Of a stretch of DNA of 64,000 bases, positions 50,001-63,389 are shown in pieces. The DNA is taken from assembly GCF_030028105.1 (NCBI RefSeq), contig NC_092383.1, forward strand, positions 87,315,921 through 87,379,920. The letters run 5' to 3'. This stretch comes from Mobula birostris. Lineage: Eukaryota. The notes under the pieces were generated by a model, which saw only the letters and a program-made list of their open reading frames with translations, searched no databases and was not told where the DNA came from. Positions within the stretch are counted from its first letter, which is position 1; the number at the start of each line of letters is the position of its first letter. A program made the translations under genes and the position numbers.

Positions 50001-53000
50001 CACTCCTGAATCCCCTCACGTTTCCAAAACTTTTTATTATTATTATTACCCAAAATTAACAATACATCGAAGTAAGCAACACTTACAATGTCTCAAGAAA
50101 AAAAGCATTATTTTAAAGATTGAAAAAATTTTGGTGATTAAAATAAAAGAGGAAAAAACCCCTACTAAGCAAGAAAAAGGTAAGGAAAAAAAAACATTAG
50201 ATGTTCAACCCCGGAGCCATGCGTCATACAAAAAGCTTCTAAAGATAAACATCAAACCGCCAGCAAGAAAAAAAGTACCAAAAATTTACAATTAGATCGT
50301 GTAAGAAATCTACCAATTAACTCAAATGATAATAACGAGCAAATGAACCCCATCTTTTCTCAAAATCAAACATAGGTTCAAAGGTTCGACTTCTAATTTT
50401 CTCCAAACTAAGACATAGCATCACTTGAGAGAACCATTGTGACAAAGTGGGAGCCGATGTAGCCTTCCACTTTAACAAATGGCCCTCCTAGCTATCAATG
50501 TAACAAATGCAATAACATGTTGGTCAGACAAATACGAAGTAGATACCGCGGATATTTTGAGGAATCATTCCAAAAAGCACAGTTAATTTGTCAGGTTGTA
50601 AATTAATTTTAAATGCTTTAGAAATTGTTGAAAAAAACTGACTTCCAGAACTGTTCCAGTATAGAACAAGACCAAAAATGTTTTTCAGTATAGCTGTCTC
50701 AGTTTTACATCTATCACAGTAACTATCAACATTAGGGAATATTTTAGACAATCTCTCCTTCGTCAAATGGTAACGATGTACAATTTTAAATTGAATCAGT
50801 GAATGACTAGCACAGATCGAAGAAGAGTTAACCAGCTTCAGAATCTGTGTCCAATCCTCCGCAATAAAAGTCAAATTAAGTTCCTTTTCCCAGTCTTGTT
50901 TAGTATTAAATAAAGGAAGCTTATCCCATTGTAATAGTAAATTATAAGTTCTTCCAATGGAACCCTTCATCGAAGGGTTGATACTCATAATATTATCTAA
51001 CAGGTCAGCATCCAATATGAAAGGAAAATTACTTAAATATTTTTGTAAGAAATGTCTAATTTGAAGGTATTGTAGAAAGTGTGAGTCTGAAAGAGAATTT
51101 TTATCAACTAATTGTTCAAAAGACATCAGTCTATCTTCTTTAAATAAATCCAAAAAAGAATTAATACATTTATTTTTCCAAAGTAAAAAAAATTGAATCA
51201 CTTAAAGAAGGCTTAAAAAAGTAATTTCGATAAATTAAACTAGAAAGTTTAAATTTTTTAAGATTAAAACAATTGCAGAACTGGAGCCAAGTTTGTAAAG
51301 AATTCTTAATCACAGGGTATAAATTTAAATTAGCAACTTTAGCTAATTGTATAGGTAAAGCAGCTCCCAATAACGAGGTTAAATAAAACTGTTTCACAGC
51401 TTTCAATTCCAAGTCTGATCGTTCTTATCAACCCAATGTAACTAAAAGGACATGCATCGCACATTAACAACCCAGTAATACATTCTTAAATTAAGCAATT
51501 CAAGACCTCCATCCTTTTTCAACTTTTGTAAGAGACATTTACTAATTCTTGGTCTTTTATTATTCCAAATAAAAGATAAAATAATGTCTGATCAAAAACT
51601 TCTTAGTCAAAAAACAGGGATATCCTGAAATAAATATAGAAACTTTGGTAAAATCATCATTTTGACTATATGGATGCAACCAACAAGTGAAAATGTAAGT
51701 GGACTCCATCTACTAAATAAATACTTCATAGAATCTACCAAGGGAACAAAATTAGCTTTATAAAGATCCTTATATTTTTTAGTGATTATAATACCTAAAT
51801 ATCTAAAAGAATCCGTGACTTTGAAGGGAGTATTATCATATATAGAAACAGATTTATTTAAAGGAAACAGTTCACTTTTACTAAAATATATTTTATATCC
51901 TGAAAGATCCCCAAATTCATTAACTAATTTTAGCAAGGCAGAATAGATTCCTCAGGATTGGATATATAAACCAGTAAATCGTCAGCGTAAAGAGAAATCT
52001 TATGAATGGTCTCAGTTACAAAAATCCCATAAAAATCTTTAGCTTCACAAACAGCAATAGCAAGGGGTTCTAATATTAAATTAAATAGCAAAGGACTTAA
52101 TGGACAACCTTGTCTTGTCCCCCGTGAAAGCTGAAAAAAGGAGACCTACAGTTATTAGTAATAACAGTAGCAATAGGAGTTTTATATATCATTCCAATTC
52201 AATTATTAAAATTAACACCAAAGCCAAATTTCTCTAAAACATTAAATAAATATTTCCATTCGACTCAATCGAACACTTTTTCAGCATCCAAAGAGACGAC
52301 ACATTGTGGAGTTTTAAAAGAGGATGAATATACAATATTAAATAACCTCCAAACATTTGAAAAAGAATAATGACCCTTTATAAAGCCTATTTGATCTTTA
52401 AAAATAATTTTACCCAAGATATTCTTCAACCGATTGGCCATTATCTTCGACAGAATCTTAGCATCGGCATTCAATAATGAAATAGGTCTATATGAGGCAC
52501 AATCAGTAGGATCTTTATCCTTTTTAAGAATTAAAGAAATAGAAGCCTCATAGAAAGTAGAGGGCTTACACCCTGAGTTCATCAGTGACAACCAGGAAAG
52601 ACTGGGTGACAACCACGAAAACAGTGGTGACGACTGGAGAGTCAATGACAGCCCGGAAAGACAGCAACCGGGGCAGAATGGGCTGGCAACCCAATCTGTG
52701 TCCTCTGAGAGGAGGACCCCCACAAAAGCTACAATGAATCTAAGGGAAAGATAGCCCCAGGGGTGCCCAAGAAGGGTGGGGGGAGAATCAGCACCCCAGT
52801 CGGATGGACACAATGACATCAGACCCAGGCAATAAACAAACGACGATGAGGAAGCAGTGTGCATGTGGCAAAATCTGCAAGAACAATCGCAGCTTGAAGA
52901 TCCACCAAGCGAGGATGAAGTGTTTGGCGGGAGCAGGAGCAGCACAACGTTCAGGTGTCCAACCTGGTGAGACTAAGGAGGGGCCAGGCCCGGAGTCACC

Positions 53001-54533
53001 CCGCAGTGCCCGGAACCTCCAAGTGTTGCAAACTAATCCTTCTAAAATGAAGTCTAACAGGAGGCGGATCAAATGGCCTGCAGCTAACATGATTTCACTG
53101 TGGAAGCAGTTTGATGAAGATGCTAACCAAATTCTGGAGGCAATGGCGAAGGGAGGGGTTGATAGGAAGCTGCAAGCCATGACAACAATTATTGTCAGTA
53201 TCGCAGCTGAACGGTTCGGAGAAGAGGAGAAGGAAGGCTCCAAAACATCCTACTCGAAGAACCAAAGAGCATTGAGGATCCACAACATCAGGCAGGAGAT
53301 GAAAGCACTGAAGTCCCAATTCACTATAAAAATCTTCAAAAATCTTATTAATCTCTTCATACTCCCAAGTCAGGGTACCATCTTCCCTACGGATTTTCAA
53401 ACTTTGCCTTTTGGCTCTAGCTGTTTTTAATTGAGATGCAAGCAGTTTATTATTTTTATCTCCAAACATATAAAATTGGCTCTTCAACTTAAGAAAATAG
53501 CCTTCAATAGGATGAATTAATAATAGATTATATTATGATTGGAGTTCCACCCTTTGTTTGAACAAATCAATATTAGGGGAAATTGCATAAATATTATCTA
53601 AGTCTTTAATTTGTTTTGAAATCTTATCTAATTCTACTTTAGTCTGTTTTTTAAGCTTAGCTGAATAAGAAATAATCTGACCACGTAAAAATGCTTTAAA
53701 TGTATCCCATGTGATTAATTTAGATGTATCCCCTATATCATTAAAAAGAAAAAAAATCTTTTATCTTAAATAAAGCTGACAAAGTCAGAGTTTTGCAATA
53801 ATGCCTGAGACATGCACCATGGTGGGCGGGCAAGAATGACATCATCAAATTCAAAAGACAAACTCAGAGGCGCATGATCAGATATAGCAATAGCGTCATA
53901 TTCACAATTTTTAACACTAGGCCAGAAGCAGGATTCGATTATAATATAATCAATCCTCAAATATTTTTTATAAACATGTGAATAGAAAGAATATTCTCTG
54001 TTATCAGGATGTAGATATCTCCATAATTCAATCAATCTAAAATCAGTCAAAAAGGAGTTAATAAGTGACGCGGAGCAACTTGGAAGTCGCTGATTGGTTA
54101 AACTCTTAACAATCAAAGGATTTAAACAACAGTTAAAATCCCCACCTATTATCAACATATATTCATTTAAATCACGCAGTAAAGCAAATACCTTTTTAAG
54201 AAAAGGATCATCTAAATTAGGACCGTACAAATTGATCAAAACAACTTTTCTGTTACAGATTACTCCTTTAACAATTAAAAATCTACCATTAAAATCTGAC
54301 TCAATATCCTCGAGTAATAGCACACCCTTAGTTTTACTTTGAGAAGTGGAGTGAAACAAACCCCTCCACCATCCAAAAAATCTATTTTGATCTCCCACCC
54401 TGATATGTGTTTCTTGGGCAAAGATTACGTCCGGTTGGAATCGGTTAATGATTTTAAAAGTCTTTTCTCGTTTGCTAGGATGATTCCAACCACGTACATT
54501 CCAACTTATTACATTAATCCATTTAAATACCAT
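50000..54533 (-). mobile_element. L1/Tx1-clade LINE ORF2 (endonuclease, RT, C-terminus), frameshifted and interrupted
   Basis: ISWNVRGWN, FAQETH, IGGDFNCCL, SDHAPL; YRPISLLNADAKIL, SLDAEKVFD, TRQGCPLSPLLF (minus), IHIVKMMILPKFLYLFQ, FKIVHRYHLT. Confidence 0.9.
52566..53318 (+). mobile_element. N-terminal fragment of an R2/NeSL-like retroelement (CCHH zinc finger) inserted into the L1
   Basis: QCACGKICKNNRSLKIHQARMKC, IKWPAAN...WKQFDED, IIVSIAAERFG, HNIRQEMKALKSQ, on the strand opposite the L1. Confidence 0.65.
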
Positions 54534-55089
54534 ACTATAATTTTATTCTACTCTACATATGCGCAGAGCACGTACCGATATGGGATGATCAAAAATGGTG
54601 GCGATGAAGAATACAACCACATAGAAAACACGCATGCTCCGGAACCACCCAATGGGAAAAAACCCCTAACTCTAACCCCACCCCTCTCCCCCCATAGCCT
54701 GAAAAAAAGCAGGCTCCCTATGATAGAATACGAAGCCAGGGACTGCTCTGTCTGTACAAAAAAAAATTAAAAGGATTCTCTCTTCCTCCCCCTAGTTAAA
54801 AAAAACAACAAAACTCACTGACCTTGTAAGACGAACGACAAAGTCTCGACAAAGTCTCAAAGTCTCAACACATGTAAACAAAGTGTTTACATTCCAGCAT
54901 CTACAAACTATTCCATGTTTATATTTAATCTTTTTTTAAACAAGAAAGAATCAAAATAATGTTATCTCTTAGAAAGAAAAAACAGCACCATTTTAAAATT
55001 TAATATTAAATCCCTAAAAAAAGCTTTAAATTCAAGATTTAACCAATGAAGTTACATCCAAGTACCGTAACCAAAATTTTAAGCATCGA

Positions 55090-56570
55090 ATACTAATTGC
55101 CCAATAGTAAAATCTAAGATTCGGGAGCGCTAACCCCCCCATCTTTTTTAGATTTCTGTAAATGCCTTTTACCTAGCCTAGGGTTTCTGTTCTGCCATAT
55201 AGATGAAGAAATTTCTGAATCAACATTATCAGAAAAAGATTTTGGAATAAAAATTGGTATTGATTGAAATACATATAAAAATTTAGGCAAAATAATCATC
55301 TTGATACCATTGATCCGACCGATCAGAGACAAAGACATTGGTGACCATTTAGTAAACAAAAGTTTAATCTGATCAATTAAAGGTAAAAAAATTAGCTAAA
55401 AGTAAATCTTTATGCTTTTTTGTGATTTTAATCCCTAAATATATAAAAGAGTCAGTAACCAATTTAAGTGGTAAACATCCATAAATAGGAACCTGCTTAT
55501 TTAGGGGAAATAATTCACTCTTATTAAGGTTCAATTTATAACCAGAAAAATTACTAAATTGAGCCAACAAAGATAAAATAACAGGAATTGATTTCTCCGG
55601 ATTAGAGATATATAATAACAAATCATCTGCATATAATGATAATTTATGTATTTCATTTCCGCAGGTAATACCAAAAATGTTGGGCGAGTCATGGGTAGCA
55701 ATTGCTAAAGGTTCAAGGGCAATATTAAATAATAAAGGACTAAGAAGACATCCTTGCCTAGTACCGCGAGATAGATGAAAAAAGGGAGATCTTTGATTAT
55801 TAGTACAAACCGAAGCTACAGGGGTATAATATAACAATTTAATCCAGGATATAAATATCAGACTAAAATTAAATTTCTCAAACACACTAAATAAATATGG
55901 CCATTCAACTCTGTCGAATGCTTTCTCGGCATCTGATGAGATAATACATTCTGGAGTATCATCTTGAGTGAGGGGGTATAAACAATATTCATTAACCTCC
56001 TGATATTAAAAGATGAATAACGGTTTTTAATAAATCCTGTTTGGTCCACAGATATAATTTGAGGTAATACCTTCTCTAACCTAGTTGCTAAAATTTTTGA
56101 AAAAATTTTTGAATCTACATTCAAAAGAGATATCGGTCTATATGATGCACAATCAGTGGATCTTTATTCTTTTTAAGAATTAAAGAAATAGAAGCTTCAT
56201 AAAATGATTGTGGTAATTTACCTAAACTGATTGCTTCTTTGAATATTCTAGACAACCAAGGAGAGAGAACAGAGGAAAAAGACTTCAAAAATTCCTCTGT
56301 AAAACCGCCCAGACCAGGCGCTTTACCGGAATTCATTGATGAGATTACAGCTGTTATTTCTTCCTCTGTAATAGGAGTTTCTAATGTTAAACAGTCTTCA
56401 GGTGATAATTTCGGAAAATTCTATTTTCTTAGAAAATAATGCATGATGTTAAAATCATGAGGAAGGTCAGAATGGTATAAAGAGGTACAAAATTCTTGAA
56501 AGGTTTTGTTTATCTTGTCATGATCAACTGTCAAAGTATCATATTTACGAATCTTAGAAATTTGACGTGC
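55090..56570 (-). mobile_element. Second L1/Tx1 RT fragment
   Basis: NSGKAPGLGGF, DQTGFIKNR, TRQGCLLSPLLF, LYADDLLLY, KMIILPKFLY. Confidence 0.85.
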
Positions 56571-56574
56571 AGGT

Positions 56575-59500
56575 GCACTTCTTGGTCTTCCAACCAAACC
56601 GAATTGTACATCTTTTTTTACGTCACCCAGAGCAGCGTATACTCCATCCCTGAATCTGGCTGAGGACATCTGGACCTTTCATTAGCAGGTCGTTCAAGCT
56701 CACGCCTCTGAACTTTTGGCTGCTGTTCCACACGAGTCTCACTGGGGTCGTGACAGAGTGCGGGTTCAGAGCAATAAGGTGACTCACGTACCTGACTGGC
56801 CTGTTCTAGTTGATGACCGTGCCTTTGGACAATTTCATTGCAGTCCTTCGATCGACCATGTCACGCACTGGAGCAGTGTAGAGGCAGTTTTCCACTCAGG
56901 TTCTTTGGCGAGTTGCTTTTCCGACCTGAGAAATGTAGCCTCGATTGTTCTTTTATTGATTGGCAAGGAAGCTGGATCTTCTAACCAAGGATATCTGGCG
57001 TGCCAATGTGGCGGTCACCTGTGACATAAGTGAGGCCTCTTTTTACAAATTCAAGTTCCTTCTCCTCAGCAAGAGTCATTTCTTTGCCAGCTGGCTGACA
57101 GTTCTCGCAGCAGCAACCCCCACATTTTGGTTCCCATGCTGCGCCAATACTGTCCCACTTCCACCACGCTAGGAAGTCCTGGTTGGTGCTTGAAGTACCT
57201 GACTCCTGGAGCTTGATGCCATCCTCTTTGTTTGATGGAAGTTGCTCTGGGACTCTGCTGGTGAGCTCCTCGTACTTTACAGCAGCCGCTCTCATTGACT
57301 TTGCAAAAGGTGCCTTGGACATGTGGGCTGACACAGACAGCTCCTCAAACAGATCAGGATGTGCTCCTCTGACCATCTTCCCCAGTGGTTCATCCCACAG
57401 CACGAGGTCTCCAACAGCTCTGGTTCTCTGAGGGGCTAGCTGACCTTCTCTATGGCTTATGAGTAAATTTATTTCTCTGGGTCTCACAAGTTCATCAAGC
57501 GGTATGTCTGGGAAGAATTTCTGCAGTTGCTTCGGTGTCACATATTTGTGGACATTTGCAGTGCTGCCTCGTCCATCACAAACTAATTGGTGTGATCTGA
57601 CAGTGCCCTTGGGAGTGTTTACTCTGATTTTTAGAAGGTACCACTTTGTCTCCACTTGAACCTTCATCACTGCTCCCCCAACTCCATGGACGATGAGAGT
57701 GATTTCCTCACTTCTGAAGTTCAGTCTGCTTGCAGCCTTGCGGGTTATGTAATTGGCGTCTGAAGCCAAGTCAGTTAATGTCCCGATTTTTTGTCCAGCA
57801 TTAGCTGCAACCTCAAGAAGCATCATAATCACTGGCGGCTCTTGCAATCCACTTTCCACCAGAAGGCCCGGTTTATCTTTCACAGTGCTGAAGGCTCTGG
57901 ATGCAGTGTTTGAAAATACATCGCACATTGTTTGGCCAATTCTGGTGAAAGTTTGCTGAAGAACTCCTCTTGATCCTCTGTATATTTCTTCCTGCCTTTA
58001 TCTTCCTCTGGACCAAATCTGCTCTCTTTCTGACCTGCGCTGCTTTTCTTTATTTCAGCACTGGGGCACAGATAGTAATGATGCTCAGGAGTATGCTCAT
58101 CCTTGCAGTCTTGGTTTTCACACAGATAGGCGGGTTTGCAGTATGAACTGTCATTATGAACCTCGAGACACCTCTTGCATGCCTCCAACTTTCTTACTGC
58201 AGCCTTTTTCTCTGGTAGCTTTAGCACTCAAAACTGTTTGCAAAAGTAGAGCTTCCTTTTGTGCTTTCCATCACCGCAGACTACACACCTTGCATGGTCA
58301 TCGTCTGACTTGGTAGACTTGGTTCTGGCATGTCTTGGCTCAGCCCTGGTTTCTCTTCTACTTGGCTCTTCATCCCTCAGTTGCTCGAGCTGCTCATATA
58401 TGCTCTCTAGCCCTTTGAGCAATTCCAAGAGACTGTCAAACTGATTATCTGGTGCCACAGCATTTCTCTTGTCAGCGACATAGACCAGCCATTCCTTTTT
58501 GTGAGTTTCTGGAAGTTTACTTTCAATTGATTTTGTCACCAGTGGATTTTTGATAGCACCAGTGTCTCCACAGTTTGAATTAATTCCACTATTTTCCATG
58601 ACTGATGACTTCTGACAGCTGGCATTTTCTGTAACTCTTCCACTATTTCAATAGCAATGCACGTTTGATTTCCATAGCGATTTTCTAGAACACGAAAGAT
58701 GTCATCTGCAGTGTTATCAGTAGTGAGGCGAAGGTCTCTTCTGATTTTGTTGTCAAGACTGTCCAGTAGTTGAACCTTTTTCACCTCTTTTGAACTGGTC
58801 GGCTCACCCTGCCTCTGGAGTGCTTCCCAGTCCTTTCTCCACCTGTGAAAATCACGTTTGCTGCCAGTAAACTTGGGAAGGGCCATTGGTTTCAATCTAA
58901 TGGCTGGCGTGGGAAAATTGGAGGAAAAGCCCAACGCCGTCGGGGTTAGTCTTTCAGCATCCTCCTTTCTCCTTGCCTGTATGAAGTGAGCCTTCTTGGA
59001 AACCAACTTGGGGATGTGGAGTTCAAGCCCCTTTAGGTGACTCTGAAGGTCCTTCTGATCCCCTGGCGGGATCCATTGTTTCTACCCACCATGCACCCCC
59101 TTCGCTGTCTTTATCAGTCCTTGCAGGTGGTTAAGCATGAAGTCATACGCCTCCTGGTCGCCATTGGGTTGTACAGCAGCGACGTTTTCACATTCATCCT
59201 CTGCTGCTTGTAGTTCTGTGATCAATTCAACATTTCCAAAGTTGGTCCAAAAAGTCTCCTGGGTTAGGCTTCTGACCTCCTTTAGTTTCAACTCACACTC
59301 ATTTGCCGTCTTTGCCAGGTTGGCTTTTTGCTGTTCAGTTAACACAGCTACTTCCTCTGTGTTCAGCTCCACCTCCAGTTCTGCAATGAGTCTGGCCTCC
59401 ACATCATCATTGGTTTCCATGGCTTTCTCGGCTTCTATTGTGAATTTAGTGAAACTGACTCCGAGCTTTTCTTCAGACACATGTCTTCATAGGTCCTGGT

Positions 59501-60085
59501 AATATTGTTGACCAGATGAGAAAATAACATTTTTTGCTGTCTACCTTGAGTTGCTCAACTGATTTCCCAATAGTTTGATCAGCCATGTTTGATTTCCTCT
59601 GCAGGCTGTTCATAGGTGAGAAGGTAAGTACAACTTTTTAATGATGCTTTGATGTTGTTTTATCTTAACTTGATTTTCTTCCAAGTTACTGCTCCTGCTG
59701 ATCCAGCTCAAAGCTCTCCCAGATTTCCATTTCCTGGCCCTCCAGTTTCACGGTCAACCAGTTTTTTTCGCTGTCCAAAGTCTGGCGAAGTAGCCAGTTT
59801 TTCACTGTCAGGTTGGATTTCTTTTTCTTCTTTGAACATGTGCAGCTTCCCCACTTGAAAGGGATTGAATGTGTCTACCCGAAGGTTTTTCAACTGGATT
59901 CCAGTGAATGACCAAACAACTTTTCCTTTTTCCTGCTCTTATTTTTCCCAAGTGCAGCAGTTTGATAGTTCCTCAACCGTTAGACATTAGTCACTTGTCA
60001 CTAGTCGTAAGTTATTAGTCATTTAGGTGAAAAAACTGGCTCTCTCTGCGGACTTTGTTTCAGGTTTGTTAAGTATATGTAACAA
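56575..60085 (-). mobile_element. BEL/Pao LTR retrotransposon, internally deleted (gag, zinc knuckles, protease, start of RT, integrase fragment)
   Basis: Start ATG at 59586 (MADQTIGKS); DUF1759-like LPKFTGSKRDFHRWRKDW; CVVCGDGKH, CKRCLEVH and CENQDC knuckles; protease TLTDLASDANYIT; CEPKCGGC-type motif; TGTTACA terminus at 60085. Confidence 0.85.
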
Positions 60086-61019
60086 AAACATAACATTAAT
60101 TTGCAACAAGTGATTGAAAATTTGTGATGAGTGTTAAAATGTTAGCAGGACTGAGTGATAACACTCAAGCAATGGGATTCTGGTGAATTGTGGGCAGACC
60201 CAGTAAAGATAACATGTTGAGCATCACACCTGCCTCACTCCCAGAAGCACAGGAGATGTAAATGAGAGCCACAGATCAAGCAGTTGGAACAGAGCTTGTT
60301 GGCGGTGGAGGAACTCACAGTTGGAGTTCATGTCGAGTTTACAGTTGTTGTCACAGCTGGTTCCTGTAGAAAGGCATTCAGCAGTTTTCTTCAAAGTCCT
60401 CCCCACTCTGCTGAATCTGCTCAAACAGTGGGACATCCCAATTGCTGCAGGGACCTGAATAATTTTTATTTTTAATTTAATTATATTTAGAGATATAGCA
60501 CATTAAGAGGCCCATCTGACCCAACAAGAATCAACTGCCAAATTAACCTACTAACTTGTGGGTCCTTGGAATGTGGGAGGAAACCGGAGCACCCAGAGGA
60601 AACCCACATGGTCATGGAGTGAATGTATCAGGGTCACTGGTGCAGTAACAGTGTTATGCTAATTGCTACATGCGAAAAGTAACATTAGCAGAGCACAGAC
60701 TGATCAAATCCGTTAGGTGCTTCCATGATGTTCACCATCACCATTCCCGACGCTGGCTCTGCCATTTTTATGCTGCATGTTGGCTGCAGAGATCCCAGTG
60801 GCAGACTGCACAGACACACACCCGCCTCTCTGATGGCTCATGGACAGGGGTCAGATCATAGGTGGGGCTTATGATGGGAGAAAACTGTAGGCGCAGTTTT
60901 ACTCACAAGGCAGAACTTCATTAGTCCTGACGAAGGGTTTCGGCCTGAAACGTCGACTGCACCTCTTCCTACAGATGCTGCTTGGCCTGCCAAATTCTAA
61001 GGCATCAGATTACAGTGTC

Positions 61020-61179
61020 CAGCTCACTGTGGTTTCACAACTGAATTTCCTGCTGCCTGCGTCCTCATTCAACTTCCTATTGTTCAACTACGCCCTATTG
61101 TTCACTGTCAGCTATTTAGATATTCGAGCTGCGAGCTAAGCGATGGACTAGTGCTAACAAGCTCACTACGGTTTGAACG
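61020..61179 (+). promoter_or_regulatory. Candidate TATA-less leukocyte promoter for the downstream paralog
   Basis: RUNX consensus TGTGGTT at 61028-61034 and ETS/PU.1-type TTTCCTG (about 61047) and ACTTCCT (61072-61078) within 150 bp of the ATG. Motif match only. Confidence 0.4.
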
Positions 61180-61216
61180 ATGTGGATTCTGGTTCTTTTC
61201 ATCTGCTCACTGCCCG
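61180..61216 (+). CDS. Signal-peptide exon (MWILVLFICSLP) of the next receptor paralog
   Basis: ATG TGG ATT CTG GTT CTT TTC ATC TGC TCA CTG CCC G|gtgagt. The phase-1 end joins the V-exon start TT TCA GGT GCA to give MWILVLFICSLPVSGA-LWAE. Confidence 0.8.
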
Positions 61217-62059
61217 GTGAGTGACGACCTGCGTGGGATGTTACAGAGAATGCAGGAAATACTCAGCTGGTCAGGCTGTACCCATGGAAAAGGAAACAGT
61301 GAAAGTTTTAGACCCAAGACCCTTTGACTCCGTTTCACTTCCCAGAGATTCAGCCTGACATACGCAGTATTTCCAGCACTTTCTGTTTTTGTCTCAAATT
61401 TCCAACATCTGCAGTTTACTTGTTCATTCAAATGATCAGTGTCAATTTGGGTCTAGTGCACCATTTCTGTAGCAGAGATGGTAAAGTATGTGCAGATATG
61501 TAGAGACAGAAAATACTCCATTAATAAGTTCAACAGTATTGGGGTGTGGAACCATTGACACAATGCTGGAAGAATTGTATGGGTCCAGCAGCATCTATAG
61601 AGTCAAAAGGTATTCCAGTTGGAGACCCTGTATCAGGGCTGGGGGTGGGGAAGAAAGAAACAATACCCAACCTGCAGTTGTGAGTGTGCAGGGAGGAGAG
61701 AAGGGAGCTGTGGACACATCTTAGTCTCTTGCACCGGTGTTTTGAATAATCTTGGCAGAGAGTGTTGCTGCCCAGGGAACATTAATTTGCAGAAGTTTGC
61801 AGATGTAAGTGCAAAGGCATCCTTTCCATCCATGAAACATCATTTTCATGCTGCCTTGTACTCACGAAAATCAGCATAGGAAATATACGTGAAAAGTAAG
61901 TTATCTCTGATAGACAGCTGTTCCTGTTATTGAAATGTCTTGTTCTTCAGTTCTGTGTGGGTTGAGGGCTAACTTGCACTCAGAATCCATTTCCTTCCCG
62001 TTCTATTCCTCAAACTGTGAACATTTGTTTTACTCATCAGCATCCAGTATTATTGGAAA

Positions 62060-62754
62060 TGTAAGGGGGTTCCGACTTTTATGTTACTGCGGAGGCTAAT
62101 TAAAATGGCGTCTTTGTAATGTTAATCTGGGAAATGTGGCTTTGTTGTGTTAAACGCTGAGAAAGTTTACGCTAGTAGCTTGTTTTTGCTTTAGAGTGTG
62201 ATAAGAGAGTGCAATTAACCAATTGGGATAGTTGTTATGGTTTTGGTGTATTTGAAGATACTGTATGCGGGGGGTTTGGGGCAGAAGGCGGAAGAGCGAG
62301 ACAGAGGATGGACGAGGTGCTGTGAGTCCGCTAACAGGGCCGGACCCCGAGCGGGACGTTCGGTGAGGAGACGGAGACGGACTCGTGTGGAGCGTCTGGT
62401 CGACCACCGTTGTTGATCCCAGGCGGCCAGTCGAGTTGGTCCGAGGGGGTCGCAGAGTGAAGAAGAAGGTCCTTGAGCTCCAACGGGTTTTGTGCATGAA
62501 GAGATTGAACTTTGATAAAAGTGGCGCCTTTTATTTTCCTTTTATATTTTATTCTCTCTTAATTATATAGTTCCAGTAATATCTATAAACTGTATATTAT
62601 TTAATTGCATCTGGTGTATTGTCTGTTATTTGGGCGGGGTGGGGTACCTCACACAGCATCCACACAAATTACCCAGTTTGCCGGGGCTGAGGCTGTTTCT
62701 CTAGACGACAGCGAGCCAAGTGACCCTGAGGGTGGCCGGGGTGGGGGGGCTACA
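62060..62754. mobile_element. Solo LTR (695 bp), probably Gypsy-type
   Basis: TGTA...TACA termini with a 4-bp TSD GAAA on both sides (62056-62059 and 62755-62758). Confidence 0.8.
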
Positions 62755-63389
62755 GAAATAATTTAGAAAATGTTTAGCACACTTGCAGAAGAGACGAGAT
62801 AGAATAAGAGATCTCTCATCACTGCCTTCCAACATGGACTGAACGCAGGGGTCCAGCAGAACATCGTGACAAGCAGAACAGTCTGGATAACCTGATTAAT
62901 TTGGCTATTTGAGTTGATGACCCGGTAACCGAGTGGCGCAGGGAAGAAAATGTCTCAAGCTTCTTACAGTCTGATCACTCTCTTTCCTCACCCTCTCCCT
63001 CATCATCCACAGTCTCTTACAATGAAAGAACATTTATCATACACAGTGTCGCAGAATAAGTCTGTTTGATTCAGGTCACCGAGAAACAATGAACACGTTC
63101 ACAAGCACAGAATCAGTTGGTCAAACTTTAATTGATAGCTGGACAAACTGATGAAATTGACCAATCCCGTGATGTCTCATGACAAACCAATAAACAGTAG
63201 CTCAGTAGATAGGACACCTCCCCACCTGTAAGATTTTAGGGGAAACCAGCCTAATAATATTTCACTGGTTTTCTGGTCCGTTCTGATCTACGCAATCCAG
63301 AAACTACAGGATTCAGTGTTGTCCAGATTCGGTGCTTTCAAATGGGAATTCCACTTTGATAGGTTGTGGGGTTAACCTGTTGGGGCTAA

